Part shown: piece after piece, positions 27,933-37,029 of the stretch
How positions within the stretch are numbered: the first letter of the stretch is position 1
Layout of the letters: every line of letters starts with the position of its first letter
Assembly: GCA_043228905.1 (NCBI GenBank)
Contig: JBHGNT010000014.1
Coordinates: forward strand, 6,820,001-6,884,000
Reading direction: 5' to 3'
DNA length: 64,000 bases
Source of the DNA: Azolla caroliniana
Taxonomy: Eukaryota; Plantae; Polypodiophyta
Notes under the pieces: generated by a model
Told to the model about the DNA's origin: nothing
Seen by the model: only the letters and a program-made list of their open reading frames with translations
Databases searched by the model: none
Translations under genes and position numbers: made by a program

Positions 27933-27944
27933 AAATCGGTTCAA
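27933..27944 (-). promoter_or_regulatory. Self-priming primer-binding site of element B
   Basis: TTGAACCGATTT, 2 nt inside the 5' LTR boundary, is the exact complement of LTR sequence 28194-28183, which starts 33 nt downstream of a TATAAAA at 28227-28221. Confidence 0.75.
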
Positions 27945-28079
27945 ACTGTCAGGAACTCTATTAAGGCAGAGAAGGAATTAGTACTAAAAGAAGGATTAGT
28001 ACTATTGTTGGGGAATAGTACTAAGACAGAGAAGGATTAGTACTATGAGAGGTGTCGAACTTTGAGAGAAGGAATGAGT

Positions 28080-28117
<38 letters not shown>

Positions 28118-28747
28118 GCGAAAGATATATGTATTATATGAAGGAAGATATACAACAGTAGTTAGAAGGCTTAAGACTGGCGTTGAACCGATTTGGTTCG
28201 AACTAATGCCTTGCGCCTCCTTTTATAGTGTCTTCAGGAATACTCCTGAAGTTTCTAGAATGTTCCAGAGAAATCTGGAATATACATCAATTTCCCAATA
28301 AAACCTAAATGAAAATAATATCCTTCAAATTACAATTCATAACCTAATGGTAAAGTCTCGACCCGTGTAACAAAAGGTTATGGGTTCGAGTCTAGTTATG
28401 ACAGAGTGGTGATGAGAGTGAGAGCGAGAGAGAGAGCGTTCTGAGCGCGGGGGTTCTCTGCGTGCAGGTTCGCGTTTGCTCAGCTTCCACTGCCTTGGTG
28501 CTTCTGTGCTTCTTGGCTCGCGAAATGAAAAGGTCTCCATGCGTTCTGCTTCTTCTTTGTGCGTTTTGGCGCCTTTTTCGAGCATGCACACGTCGTGTAC
28601 CAATTTAGTATTAAGTAGCGTGGCGTCTCTTAAATGCCCACTACGTACCTTTTCGCGCCTTGCTTTTACACCCGTTCACACCTCGATTTTTAATGATTTT
28701 TTTTTTTTTTTTTTTTTTTTTTCAATCTTTAATGATGGTGTGTGACC

Positions 28748-31700
28748 TTACACATCCGTAAGTCCCTTCGGACCCTTACCGTTTTCCTTACGGGTTGCCG
28801 TGTCTTCCTTCGTCTCTACTACGGGTTCCCCGTCGTCTTTTTCTTCCGGATCGATCCGTACCGATCCCGGACAGGTTCCTGGTGTAGTGCCGGTGAGCTG
28901 CATAAACGGGTTCTTTGGCATCGGTCCTTTATAGGGTTTTAGTCGAAATCCGTTTACCCACTTGCCTAGTACTTCACCGGCAAGTGTCCCTATCTGATAG
29001 GACCCGTTGTATTCCCGTGTCAGCCAATACGGGCGTGTCCATCTGAACCGGAGTTTACCCGGCATTTTGCCCATCCTCGTTTGGAATACTAGAACCGGCT
29101 TTCCGATTTCGAACATCTTTTCGTTACCTTTCCGGTGACGGTCAACGAACGCTTTCCGTCGTCGTTGCTCCAGTTCCATGTGGAGGATGCTGGCCAGCCG
29201 TTGCTCCTCCAGTTCGCATAGTGCTGCTAGCCGTATTTCCTCCGACTTCTTTTCATTCAGCCGTTCCCGTAGTTGGATCCGTAAGCTTGGTACCTGAAAC
29301 TCGACCGGCATGACCGCTTCTAAGCCGAATGCTAGCCGGAACGGCGTTGTCCGGATACTTGTTTTGTATGCCGTTCGGTACGCCCATAGCGCACTATGGA
29401 GCTTTGTGTCCCAGTCCGTCCGGTTTTCATTGACAATTTTGCGGAGAATGTTCTGCAGCGTTTTGTTGGTGGACTCTGCTAACCCGTTTGCCTGTGGGTA
29501 ATACGGTGTGCTTCTTTTATGGACCACGGCATAGAACGTTGTTAAGCTTTCCACTACCTGGCCGAGGAAGTGGCCTCCTTGGTCGCTGATTAATTCAATC
29601 GGACATCCATATCGGCACCAAATGTTTTCGTACAGGAATTTTGCTGTGGATGACGCGGTGTTGTCTCTCAGGGCCTTAGCTTCCACCCATTTAGTGCAAT
29701 AATCCGTTGCCACGATGACATAACGATTACCCGTTCTCGTTGCCGGTGGTTTGAACGGTCCGACAAAATCCAACCCCCACTTCTGGAATGGCTCTAGTGG
29801 AAGTACCGGTTGGTGTGGCATCCGTGCTTGCTCCGTAGGCTGGCCCATTCGTTGGCATAGGTCACATTCCTTAGCATACTTGACGGCGTCTTTTAACGTC
29901 GTGGGCCACCACAAGCCGCTCTGCCATACTTTCCTCGCCGTCGCTTCCCCGGCATAGTGTCCTCCGGCAACCCCACAGTGTGCTTCCCGTAAGATTACTT
30001 CTTTCTCGTCACTACGGACTGCCCGTCTCCATATTCCATCTGCTCCTTTGTGGTAGAGAGTGTCCCGTAACAGACAGAAATTGCGGCTCTGCACCGCCAG
30101 TCGTTTCCTCTCGTCCCGGTTCATTTCCTCCGGTGGCAAGCCCGTGCTTAGGAACTGGTGCATGTTTGTCAGCCATTTATCTTCAGATGCCACCGTGTCG
30201 TCCGCTGCCGTTTCCGGGGTGATACGGAATAACTCCGCGTCCGGGAATTCATCCGCTACTCCGTCGCCTGGTTCTCCGGACTCTAACCGGCTCAGGTAGT
30301 CTGCTACGGCATGCTGGATACCGGGCCGGTGGAAAATCTCGAATTCGAACTCCTGCAACAGTAAGGTCCAACGGGCCAACTTACCGGTCAGGGACGCCTT
30401 GGAAACTAAGTAGAGGAGCGCCGAGTGATCCACATGGAAGGAGAACTTCCTTCCCAATAGGTAGTGACGAAACTTTGTTACACTGTAGATCATGCCCAGG
30501 GCCTCCCGTTCCGTCGTTGAATAGTTCTTCTCCGCTTGGGACAGCTTCCGGCTGGCGTAATATACCGGCCGGTACCATTTAGGCTCCGTAAGTTGCATTA
30601 AGGCGCTGCCAATAGCGATGTCGGAAGCGTCCACGAACACATGAAATTCCTTGCTCCAATCCGGAGGCTGCACGACGGGTGCTTGCGATAAAAGTACCTT
30701 CAGGGCATTGTATGCCTTATCCTCCGTATCCGTCCATTGGAACGGTGTCCGATGTACCGCGGTGTGTAATGGTGTAGCCAAATCAGCCAAGTGACGGAGC
30801 ATCCGGCTGTGCCACCGGATCTGTCCTAAGAATCGGCTTAGTGCTTTGGCTGTTTTCGGTGCCGGTGCCCCTAGTATGGCGTTTACTTTGTCCGGGTCGA
30901 CCGCAATGCCCTCCTTACTTACAATGTGTCCCAGCAATATTCCACTTGAAACCCCAAAGATGCATTTTGCTGGGTTTAAGCTTAGCCGGTATAACCTACA
31001 CTTTTCAAGGCATAACCGTAGGTGCTGCAAATGGTCTTTTCCCCGGCTATAAACTGCAAAATCATCCAGGAAAACTTGCATGAAGGCAGGAATGTATTCG
31101 CCGAAGATCTCCATGATGATTCGCTGGAACGTTGCTGGTGCCGTTTTTAGGCCGAACATCATGACTTCGGCCACAAACACCCCCCATTCGGTGACGAACG
31201 CTGTCTTTTCCTGGTCGTCCGGGTGCATCCGGATTTGATTGTACCCGCTGAACCCGTCTAAAAAGCTATAAACTTCATGGCCGGCGACGGCATCCAGTAC
31301 TCCATCCGTGAACGGAAGAGGGAATGCATCCGTAATTGTGGCGGCATTTAGTTTCCTGTAATCTACACACACACGGATTTTACCGTTCTTCTTTGGGACG
31401 ACGACGATGGGGCTCAGCCACGTCGCTTTCTTTACCGGCCGGATGAAGCCCACTCTTAGGAGTTTGTCGATTTCCTCCTTCACTTTGGCGGCGTAGTTGG
31501 GGTTCATTCGGTATCGTCTTTGCGCCACTGGTTTCGCGTCCTTGCCTAAGTGGATTTGATGCTGATATAATTGAGGGTCCAGCCCTCGCATGTCTTCGTA
31601 TGACCAGGCGAATACGTCGCGAAACTCCGTGAGAAGTTTGATCATCGCCGCTTTATCTTCCGGCTTTATTTCTTTGGCGATGTGAACCGGCTTTGATTCG

Positions 31701-34612
31701 TCCTTGCTTCCTAGGTTCACTTCGTCGAGCTGGGATGCTTTTACCCGTTGGGAAACGGCCATTTCCCGTTCCAACGCTTCCTGTGCTTGCCGTAATTCCC
31801 GAATCGCATCTTTGTCTGGTTCGGCTTCGGTGTCGTCCCGCTGCGGCAAGTATGCGGCTACGGCTTCAGCTACGTCAATCTCGAAGAGTGGTACGATCTT
31901 CGGATGTTCCTCCAAGTACTGGGCTTCTTCGTCGTCTGCCAATCCCTCAAGCATGTTCACACATTCCGCATACAGCGGTGTGCATTCCTTACCGTTGCTC
32001 GTCCGTGGTTGTGTCGGTACCCGGACCTTGGCTTTTCCGCGCCGGAAGGTAATCATATTTTTTCGCCAATTTTGCTTGATGTGTGCTGTTTTCAACCATG
32101 GTCTGCCCAGCAATAGTGGGTACGCGCCTTGCGCCTGTAGCTGCAGCACGACAGCCGAGATGTGAAATGTGTGGCCTCCTATGGTGACTTCCAATTTCCG
32201 TATTAAGCCCGTCGGCCGTACCGAGCTCGTATCCGCCATCCGTAGCCAGAACGGACATGGCTCCCATTCATGTATACCCAAGGCATCACACGTACGGAGG
32301 CTTATTACGTTCACCCCGGAACCTCCATCGATTACGGTGCCGGGAAGTTCGTGCCCTTTGACAATAGCTGTAATCGCCGGACTATTAGTGTCCACCACCG
32401 TCGGTCCCTCCTCCGGATTCGAGAAGAGGACTGGTGCCGGTGGGGCTATACCGTCTGTCATGACCGTTTTTAGTCCTTCTGTGAATCGCGGTACGAGCTG
32501 CAAGAGTCTTCCTAACGGCAACGTGATCTGACATTCTTGCAGTGCTTGCCATGTCTCGTTTTCTGGGTGGCTACCGCCGGCACTCCATATGGTATTCGCC
32601 TTTTGCCGTTCCGCGTCCGCGACGTTCCTTTCATTGGCTTCCTTCACCCATTCTGTTGCCTGTTTTCGTATGGCCTCTTGTGTTTCCCACTCTTTGGCCA
32701 TGCCTTTCGACCGTGTGGTTACTTGCTGTACATCCGTCACTTCCGGAACCACCATATTAACTGCTGGTCGTTTCTCGTAGCTCTTTACCGGGCACTGGTT
32801 ACTGTAGTGGCCTTCCTGCCTGCAGTAGTAGCAGTACTCTTTACGGGTATTGCTGGATTCAGCATTGCTGGTAGCCGGAGTCGGTCCCGTAGCGAGTGGT
32901 GCGTTCTGTGCCGGTTGGCTCCTTGGGGTTCCATGTTCCGGGTCCCTTGGGTGACCACCTTTCTTGAAATTACGTTTCTTATTATTCTTATGTTTATTTC
33001 GGTAGTCCGGTCGTGGTGGATCGTAAAATCGGCCGTAGTCCTCCTGGTGCCTTCGGTAACCAGGGGAATGGTCTCTGTCGTATTGCTCGTGTCGCCTGTT
33101 GGGCTCACGATAACGGTCCGATCGCTCATACCGGTCGTAGTTATCACGCCGATTCCCGTACCGTCCATCATTCTCTTGCCTGTCTCCGTACCGGACATCC
33201 TGTGCCGGTCGGTACCGGTTCATTTTTTGCCAACGATCTTCATCTTCGTCTTGGCTGCTTCTTGGCTCGATCCGTCGGACGGGTGGTGCTTGTCGGTTTA
33301 ACAGGTTATACTCGCACCGGTCCGTTGTATGACTCTTGGATTGACAAATCACACACTGAGTGCGCATGGTGCACTCTACTGCCGAGTGTCCGGCATTCAA
33401 GCAGATTGTGCATTGAATTGCCTGCCGGAACCGGAGATCTTCCTCGGTGGGTAACGCCCGTTGCAGTGTTCCCAGCGTAAGCCATGAGCTTGTCTTTTCC
33501 ATTTCTCTGACCCGGTCAATGACCTGATCGATGGTGCATCCTCGAAAGTCGATTACCGTACACACCGTGCGTAACGGTTCCCGGAGTGCGTTTAAAAATA
33601 TCGTCCGTAATTCCTCCTCCGGGGGTGCACGGGCAAGCTGGCTATGCATCCGTTGGAAACGGATGACGAATTGGGGAATGCTTTCCCCTGCCTCCTGCCG
33701 GATCGTATAAAACAGGCCCACCATTGTCGTCTGGTCGACCTCCTTGTGGAAAAAATGCAAGAATTTTGCTTTTAATTCTGCAAATGTTGTGATGGTCGCC
33801 GGGTCCTGCGACCGCCGCCATCGTGTCGCTGGTCCCTCCAACGTGACTCCGAATTCCGCTATCTTCGAGCGTTCTTCTTCCTCCGGTGTCATTCGCTGGG
33901 ACGTGTGATTTGCTTCCCATGTCTGCTCGAAGTCATCCACATGCGCTTCCGCATCCGGATCATCGCGGTACTTTGAGTATTGGAACGGCATGTCGTCGTC
34001 CAGTATTAAGCCGCGGTTTAGTGGCGTTTGTTGATATTTTTCCGGTTCTTTCTCCGGTTCCACTTCCGGTTCTTTTGCCGGTCCTTTTTCCGGTTCTTTT
34101 TCCGGCTCTTCTTCCGGTACCTTTGCCGGCTCTTTCGTTGGTGTTGGTGGCTTTGCTTCTTCCACTTCCGGTGTTGGTGGGTTGACGGCTTCCGTTTGCG
34201 GTTCCGGATAGCCCTGGTTGCGCGGTTCCGGTTCTGGAGTCGGCACGGTATCCGACCCGTCGTCTTCCGGGCCGCCGGGGGTATCGTTGCTGCTCCGGTA
34301 GTTCGTGTGCACGCTGTATCCCCCTTCGGAATCCGATTCGTAGGCTGAAAAGGCTTCTGCCTCGTTTTCTCCGCTTGCCAGCGCCTCCAGGAGTCGTTCG
34401 GTTTCCCGGAGACTACTTAGACTGCTTCCGTCGTCCTGGTTGCGAGTTTGCCGTAACCGGAGAGATTCCTCCGCGACTCTCCGGATCTCGTTGGAGAACG
34501 AACGATCCGAGCGAATTTCCTGCGCTGCTTGCTGGAAAGTCTCACGCCGTCTTTGCCGTTCGGCGATGCGTCGAGCTCGGTCTGTAACCAAGTCGTGCGT
34601 TGGTCTAGTCAT
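28748..34612 (-). CDS. Gag-Pol polyprotein of element A, 1954 aa (gag, zinc knuckles, protease, RT, RNase H, integrase)
   Basis: CYYCRQEGHYSNQC, VIDGGSGVN, VFLDDFAVY, VDASDIAIG, WGLDFVGP, LISDQGGHF, YPQANGLAE. Confidence 0.95.
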   Translation of the reverse strand: MTRPTHDLVTDRARRIAERQRRRETFQQAAQEIRSDRSFSNEIRRVAEESLRLRQTRNQDDGSSLSSLRETERLLEALASGENEAEAFSAYESDSEGGYSVHTNYRSSNDTPGGPEDDGSDTVPTPEPEPRNQGYPEPQTEAVNPPTPEVEEAKPPTPTKEPAKVPEEEPEKEPEKGPAKEPEVEPEKEPEKYQQTPLNRGLILDDDMPFQYSKYRDDPDAEAHVDDFEQTWEANHTSQRMTPEEEERSKIAEFGVTLEGPATRWRRSQDPATITTFAELKAKFLHFFHKEVDQTTMVGLFYTIRQEAGESIPQFVIRFQRMHSQLARAPPEEELRTIFLNALREPLRTVCTVIDFRGCTIDQVIDRVREMEKTSSWLTLGTLQRALPTEEDLRFRQAIQCTICLNAGHSAVECTMRTQCVICQSKSHTTDRCEYNLLNRQAPPVRRIEPRSSQDEDEDRWQKMNRYRPAQDVRYGDRQENDGRYGNRRDNYDRYERSDRYREPNRRHEQYDRDHSPGYRRHQEDYGRFYDPPRPDYRNKHKNNKKRNFKKGGHPRDPEHGTPRSQPAQNAPLATGPTPATSNAESSNTRKEYCYYCRQEGHYSNQCPVKSYEKRPAVNMVVPEVTDVQQVTTRSKGMAKEWETQEAIRKQATEWVKEANERNVADAERQKANTIWSAGGSHPENETWQALQECQITLPLGRLLQLVPRFTEGLKTVMTDGIAPPAPVLFSNPEEGPTVVDTNSPAITAIVKGHELPGTVIDGGSGVNVISLRTCDALGIHEWEPCPFWLRMADTSSVRPTGLIRKLEVTIGGHTFHISAVVLQLQAQGAYPLLLGRPWLKTAHIKQNWRKNMITFRRGKAKVRVPTQPRTSNGKECTPLYAECVNMLEGLADDEEAQYLEEHPKIVPLFEIDVAEAVAAYLPQRDDTEAEPDKDAIRELRQAQEALEREMAVSQRVKASQLDEVNLGSKDESKPVHIAKEIKPEDKAAMIKLLTEFRDVFAWSYEDMRGLDPQLYQHQIHLGKDAKPVAQRRYRMNPNYAAKVKEEIDKLLRVGFIRPVKKATWLSPIVVVPKKNGKIRVCVDYRKLNAATITDAFPLPFTDGVLDAVAGHEVYSFLDGFSGYNQIRMHPDDQEKTAFVTEWGVFVAEVMMFGLKTAPATFQRIIMEIFGEYIPAFMQVFLDDFAVYSRGKDHLQHLRLCLEKCRLYRLSLNPAKCIFGVSSGILLGHIVSKEGIAVDPDKVNAILGAPAPKTAKALSRFLGQIRWHSRMLRHLADLATPLHTAVHRTPFQWTDTEDKAYNALKVLLSQAPVVQPPDWSKEFHVFVDASDIAIGSALMQLTEPKWYRPVYYASRKLSQAEKNYSTTEREALGMIYSVTKFRHYLLGRKFSFHVDHSALLYLVSKASLTGKLARWTLLLQEFEFEIFHRPGIQHAVADYLSRLESGEPGDGVADEFPDAELFRITPETAADDTVASEDKWLTNMHQFLSTGLPPEEMNRDERKRLAVQSRNFCLLRDTLYHKGADGIWRRAVRSDEKEVILREAHCGVAGGHYAGEATARKVWQSGLWWPTTLKDAVKYAKECDLCQRMGQPTEQARMPHQPVLPLEPFQKWGLDFVGPFKPPATRTGNRYVIVATDYCTKWVEAKALRDNTASSTAKFLYENIWCRYGCPIELISDQGGHFLGQVVESLTTFYAVVHKRSTPYYPQANGLAESTNKTLQNILRKIVNENRTDWDTKLHSALWAYRTAYKTSIRTTPFRLAFGLEAVMPVEFQVPSLRIQLRERLNEKKSEEIRLAALCELEEQRLASILHMELEQRRRKAFVDRHRKGNEKMFEIGKPVLVFQTRMGKMPGKLRFRWTRPYWLTREYNGSYQIGTLAGEVLGKWVNGFRLKPYKGPMPKNPFMQLTGTTPGTCPGSVRIDPEEKDDGEPVVETKEDTATRKENGKGPKGLTDV

Positions 34613-34663
34613 CCATTACCGTCGTTCGCTGCGAGAAAGCAGGAATCGTGGTCGCCAAAACTG

Positions 34664-35083
34664 TGTTATTCGCTTAGCCGGACAAGGCCTAACACAAGGT
34701 GTCACGGAGACACTTCACCAAAGGGTGATTACGGCATAGGATTAAGATTCAACGATTACACCGACTTACATAGGTTACACGCTTAGAATGCTTCGGTTAA
34801 TTACACGCGTCAGATATAACAGTGATTACAGAACGGAAATCAAGACAGAAGTATAAACATCATAATCTCTATTAATTATCCGCTGTCATTACAATGGGGT
34901 CCGGGCCTTTAAATAGGTTTCCGGCCCGTAGTACAAAACGGTGCCTCTCGCACCTATTCGGGATCCGTCCGGAACTAGAACGGCATACCGTTTCCAGTCC
35001 GTCCGTCCACACTATGCTCATTTACAACCATATCTAATTAATCCCTTCACTCCGTATTTTGGACTCCTTGCCGGCCGGTAACA
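34664..35083 (-). repeat. 5' LTR of element A
   Basis: Matches 19509-19928. Confidence 0.95.
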
Positions 35084-35248
35084 CCATCCGGTTCTCCGTA
35101 GCCGGTTACTCCTCATCCGGTCTTCACCGGGTCTGCACCATCCGGCTCTCCGTAGCCGGATACTCGTCATACGGTTTCGGCCTCGACCGAGTTTGTTCAT
35201 CATCACTGTTCTTCTCCCTTCCCATCCGGAGGGACCTGTCTCCCAACA

Positions 35249-35770
35249 GTTCGGACGTCTTTTGACGAGGGAGCGTTCGGTCTTGCCCATGCACCTCTCC
35301 TCCTCATAAAGGCGTATGAGCATTTGTGCGCGTGTTTTGTGTCTTCCTTATACATTCGACCATTTTGTAACGAGGGAGCATTCGAGCTTGCCCATGCACC
35401 TCTCCTCCTCATAAAGGCGTACCAACGTTCGTGTGTGTGTTTTGTGTCTTCCTTGCACGTTCGGCGCCTTGTGATGAGGGAGCGTTCGGGCTTGCCCATG
35501 CACCTCTCCTCCTCATAAAGGCATATGGGCGTTTGTGTTTGTATTCTCGTGGCTTTCCTTGTACGTTCGGTGTCTTGTGACGAGGGAGAGTTTGGGCGTG
35601 CCCATGCACCTCTCCTCCTCATAAAGACGTACGGGGGTTCGAGTTTGTATTCTCGTCCCTTTCCTTGTACGTTCAACGTCTTGTGACGAGGGAGCGTTCG
35701 GGCGTGCCTATGCACCTCTCCTCCTCATAAAGACGTACGGACATTCGTGTTTGTGTTCTCGTCCCCTTGT
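35249..35770. repeat. ~105-bp tandem repeat array (about 5 diverged units)
   Basis: CC(C/T)ATGCACCTCTCCTCCTCATAAAG recurs at about 35286, 35391, 35495, 35601 and 35707. Confidence 0.85.
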
Positions 35771-36017
35771 GTGTTCATTTTGGGTGCTCATCTTTGCTTG
35801 TACCTGTTTGATCACTTGGCTCATGCGGTCATCTCGAAAACTTGACGAGTCGTGATCAACGACAACCACCGGCCCCACAAATTGGGCAACGAGCCCTTGC
35901 CTGAGAAGTAGTCTTGTCATAAAGCAAACCTCGGGTCTTCTCTATCCCTTCGTACTCCCTAGTCCAAGACCCCCTGTGGTCCCGCCCAAGTAACACACAC
36001 GCACGAAACTTCGTGAC

Positions 36018-36889
36018 AACGTTTGTTTTGATCCGTGATCTTTGGATTGATAGCTAGCTTAATGCATGATTGATTGTTGCAAAATACTTTGAATTCATTA
36101 ACCTTTATGATGTTGAGCTCTTCAATGATCATCTTTATCCACAATCCGTCTTTTGTCGTTAATGCCACCACAACATATTCCACTTATGTACTAAGAAGAG
36201 CCATAGATACTTGACGTTTAGTTCTCCATGCAATTGCTCCATCGAGGAATGTGAAAACCATACCAGATGTTGAGCGGGAGGTATCAAATTCCAATCGGAA
36301 TCCGTCCAACTAACTAATGGCGTTTGGAGCCAACCATTAAGTTGGGACGAATTCCTAGATTGGAAAGACTTGTATGTTAGAGCTATGTCTTTATTGTATT
36401 GTAGATAACGAAGAACTTGTTTTAAAGCATTCCAATGAGCTACTCCAGGATTCTGCATAAATCTAGAAAGAAAACCAGTTGAGTAAGACAAATCCGGACG
36501 CGTACAACTCACAAGGTACCTTATACTTCCAAGGATATATCGATAAGGATGTGATTTCATGAATTGCTCTTCTTCCACGGTCTTTGGACTATCATTGGAT
36601 GATAGTTTGCACGGTACGGTCATTGGTGTTACAATAGGTTTACAGTTGCACATCTTGAACTTGTGAAGAATTTCTTCGACCAACTTCCGTTGCGACATGG
36701 TAAGTGTGCCTTCCTATTCCTTGTTACCTTAATACCAAGGCAATACTCTAGTGGTCCAAGGTCTTTGACGGGAAACTTCTCCTTGAGTTGATTTATAGCC
36801 TTTCGCATTGAAGTAGTGGAATCACAGGCAATTGGCAAATCATCAACATACACACCAATGATTACATAGTCACTTCCTTCTTTAAACAC
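36018..36889 (-). pseudogene. Ty1/Copia RT-RNase H fragment
   Basis: IIGVYVDDL, KDLGPLEYCLGI, CTRPDLSYSTGFLSRFMQNPG, WTDSDW, FCNNQSCIKLAINPK; frameshifted. Confidence 0.85.
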
Positions 36890-37029
36890 CGGGACATTTG
36901 AAACAGGTAATATGTCGCATTCCTTTATTGATAAATACGTGAAATGTCAAGAATTACCATTTTTGAACAAACTTTCAAGAATCTATCACACATGCACACA
37001 CGATTTTTAAAAACATCACTCAAAAAGGC

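Larger units (their letters stand above)
22672..28403 (-). mobile_element. Intact Ty3/Gypsy chromovirus (Tcn1/Tf1-like; element B) nested in element A
   Basis: LTRs at 22672-23124 and 27947-28403 (visible differences only in a GA microsatellite), TSD GAGTG, PPT AAAGGGGGGATAG next to the 3' LTR, intact gag and pol with a chromodomain. Confidence 0.95.
19509..35083 (-). mobile_element. Intact non-chromovirus Ty3/Gypsy LTR retrotransposon with an extra 3' ORF (element A)
   Basis: 420-bp LTRs at 19509-19928 and 34664-35083 (identical by eye, TG..CA), TSD CCATC on both sides, PBS-like TGGCGACCAC near the 5' LTR, uninterrupted gag-pol ORF. Confidence 0.95.
18912..35248 (-). mobile_element. Solo Copia LTR (18912-19508 + 35089-35248) of the family at 61807-62887, interrupted by a Gypsy element
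   Basis: Starts TGACAGGAAC and ends TCTCCCAACA, like the LTR at 61807-62887. Flanks GTTTG/GTTCG form a 5-bp TSD with one C>T change. Contains about 4 units of the 54-bp repeat. Confidence 0.85.

Noticed and set aside
35203-35920. ORFs with repeated MRRRGAW motifs
   Set aside because: Translations of the ~105-bp tandem array, with no evidence of coding.
18905-36022. Alternative element bounded by ACGTT at 18905-18909 and 36018-36022
   Set aside because: The tandem array continues left of 18905, and the homologous LTR at 61807 fixes the boundary at 18912, so the match is probably chance.
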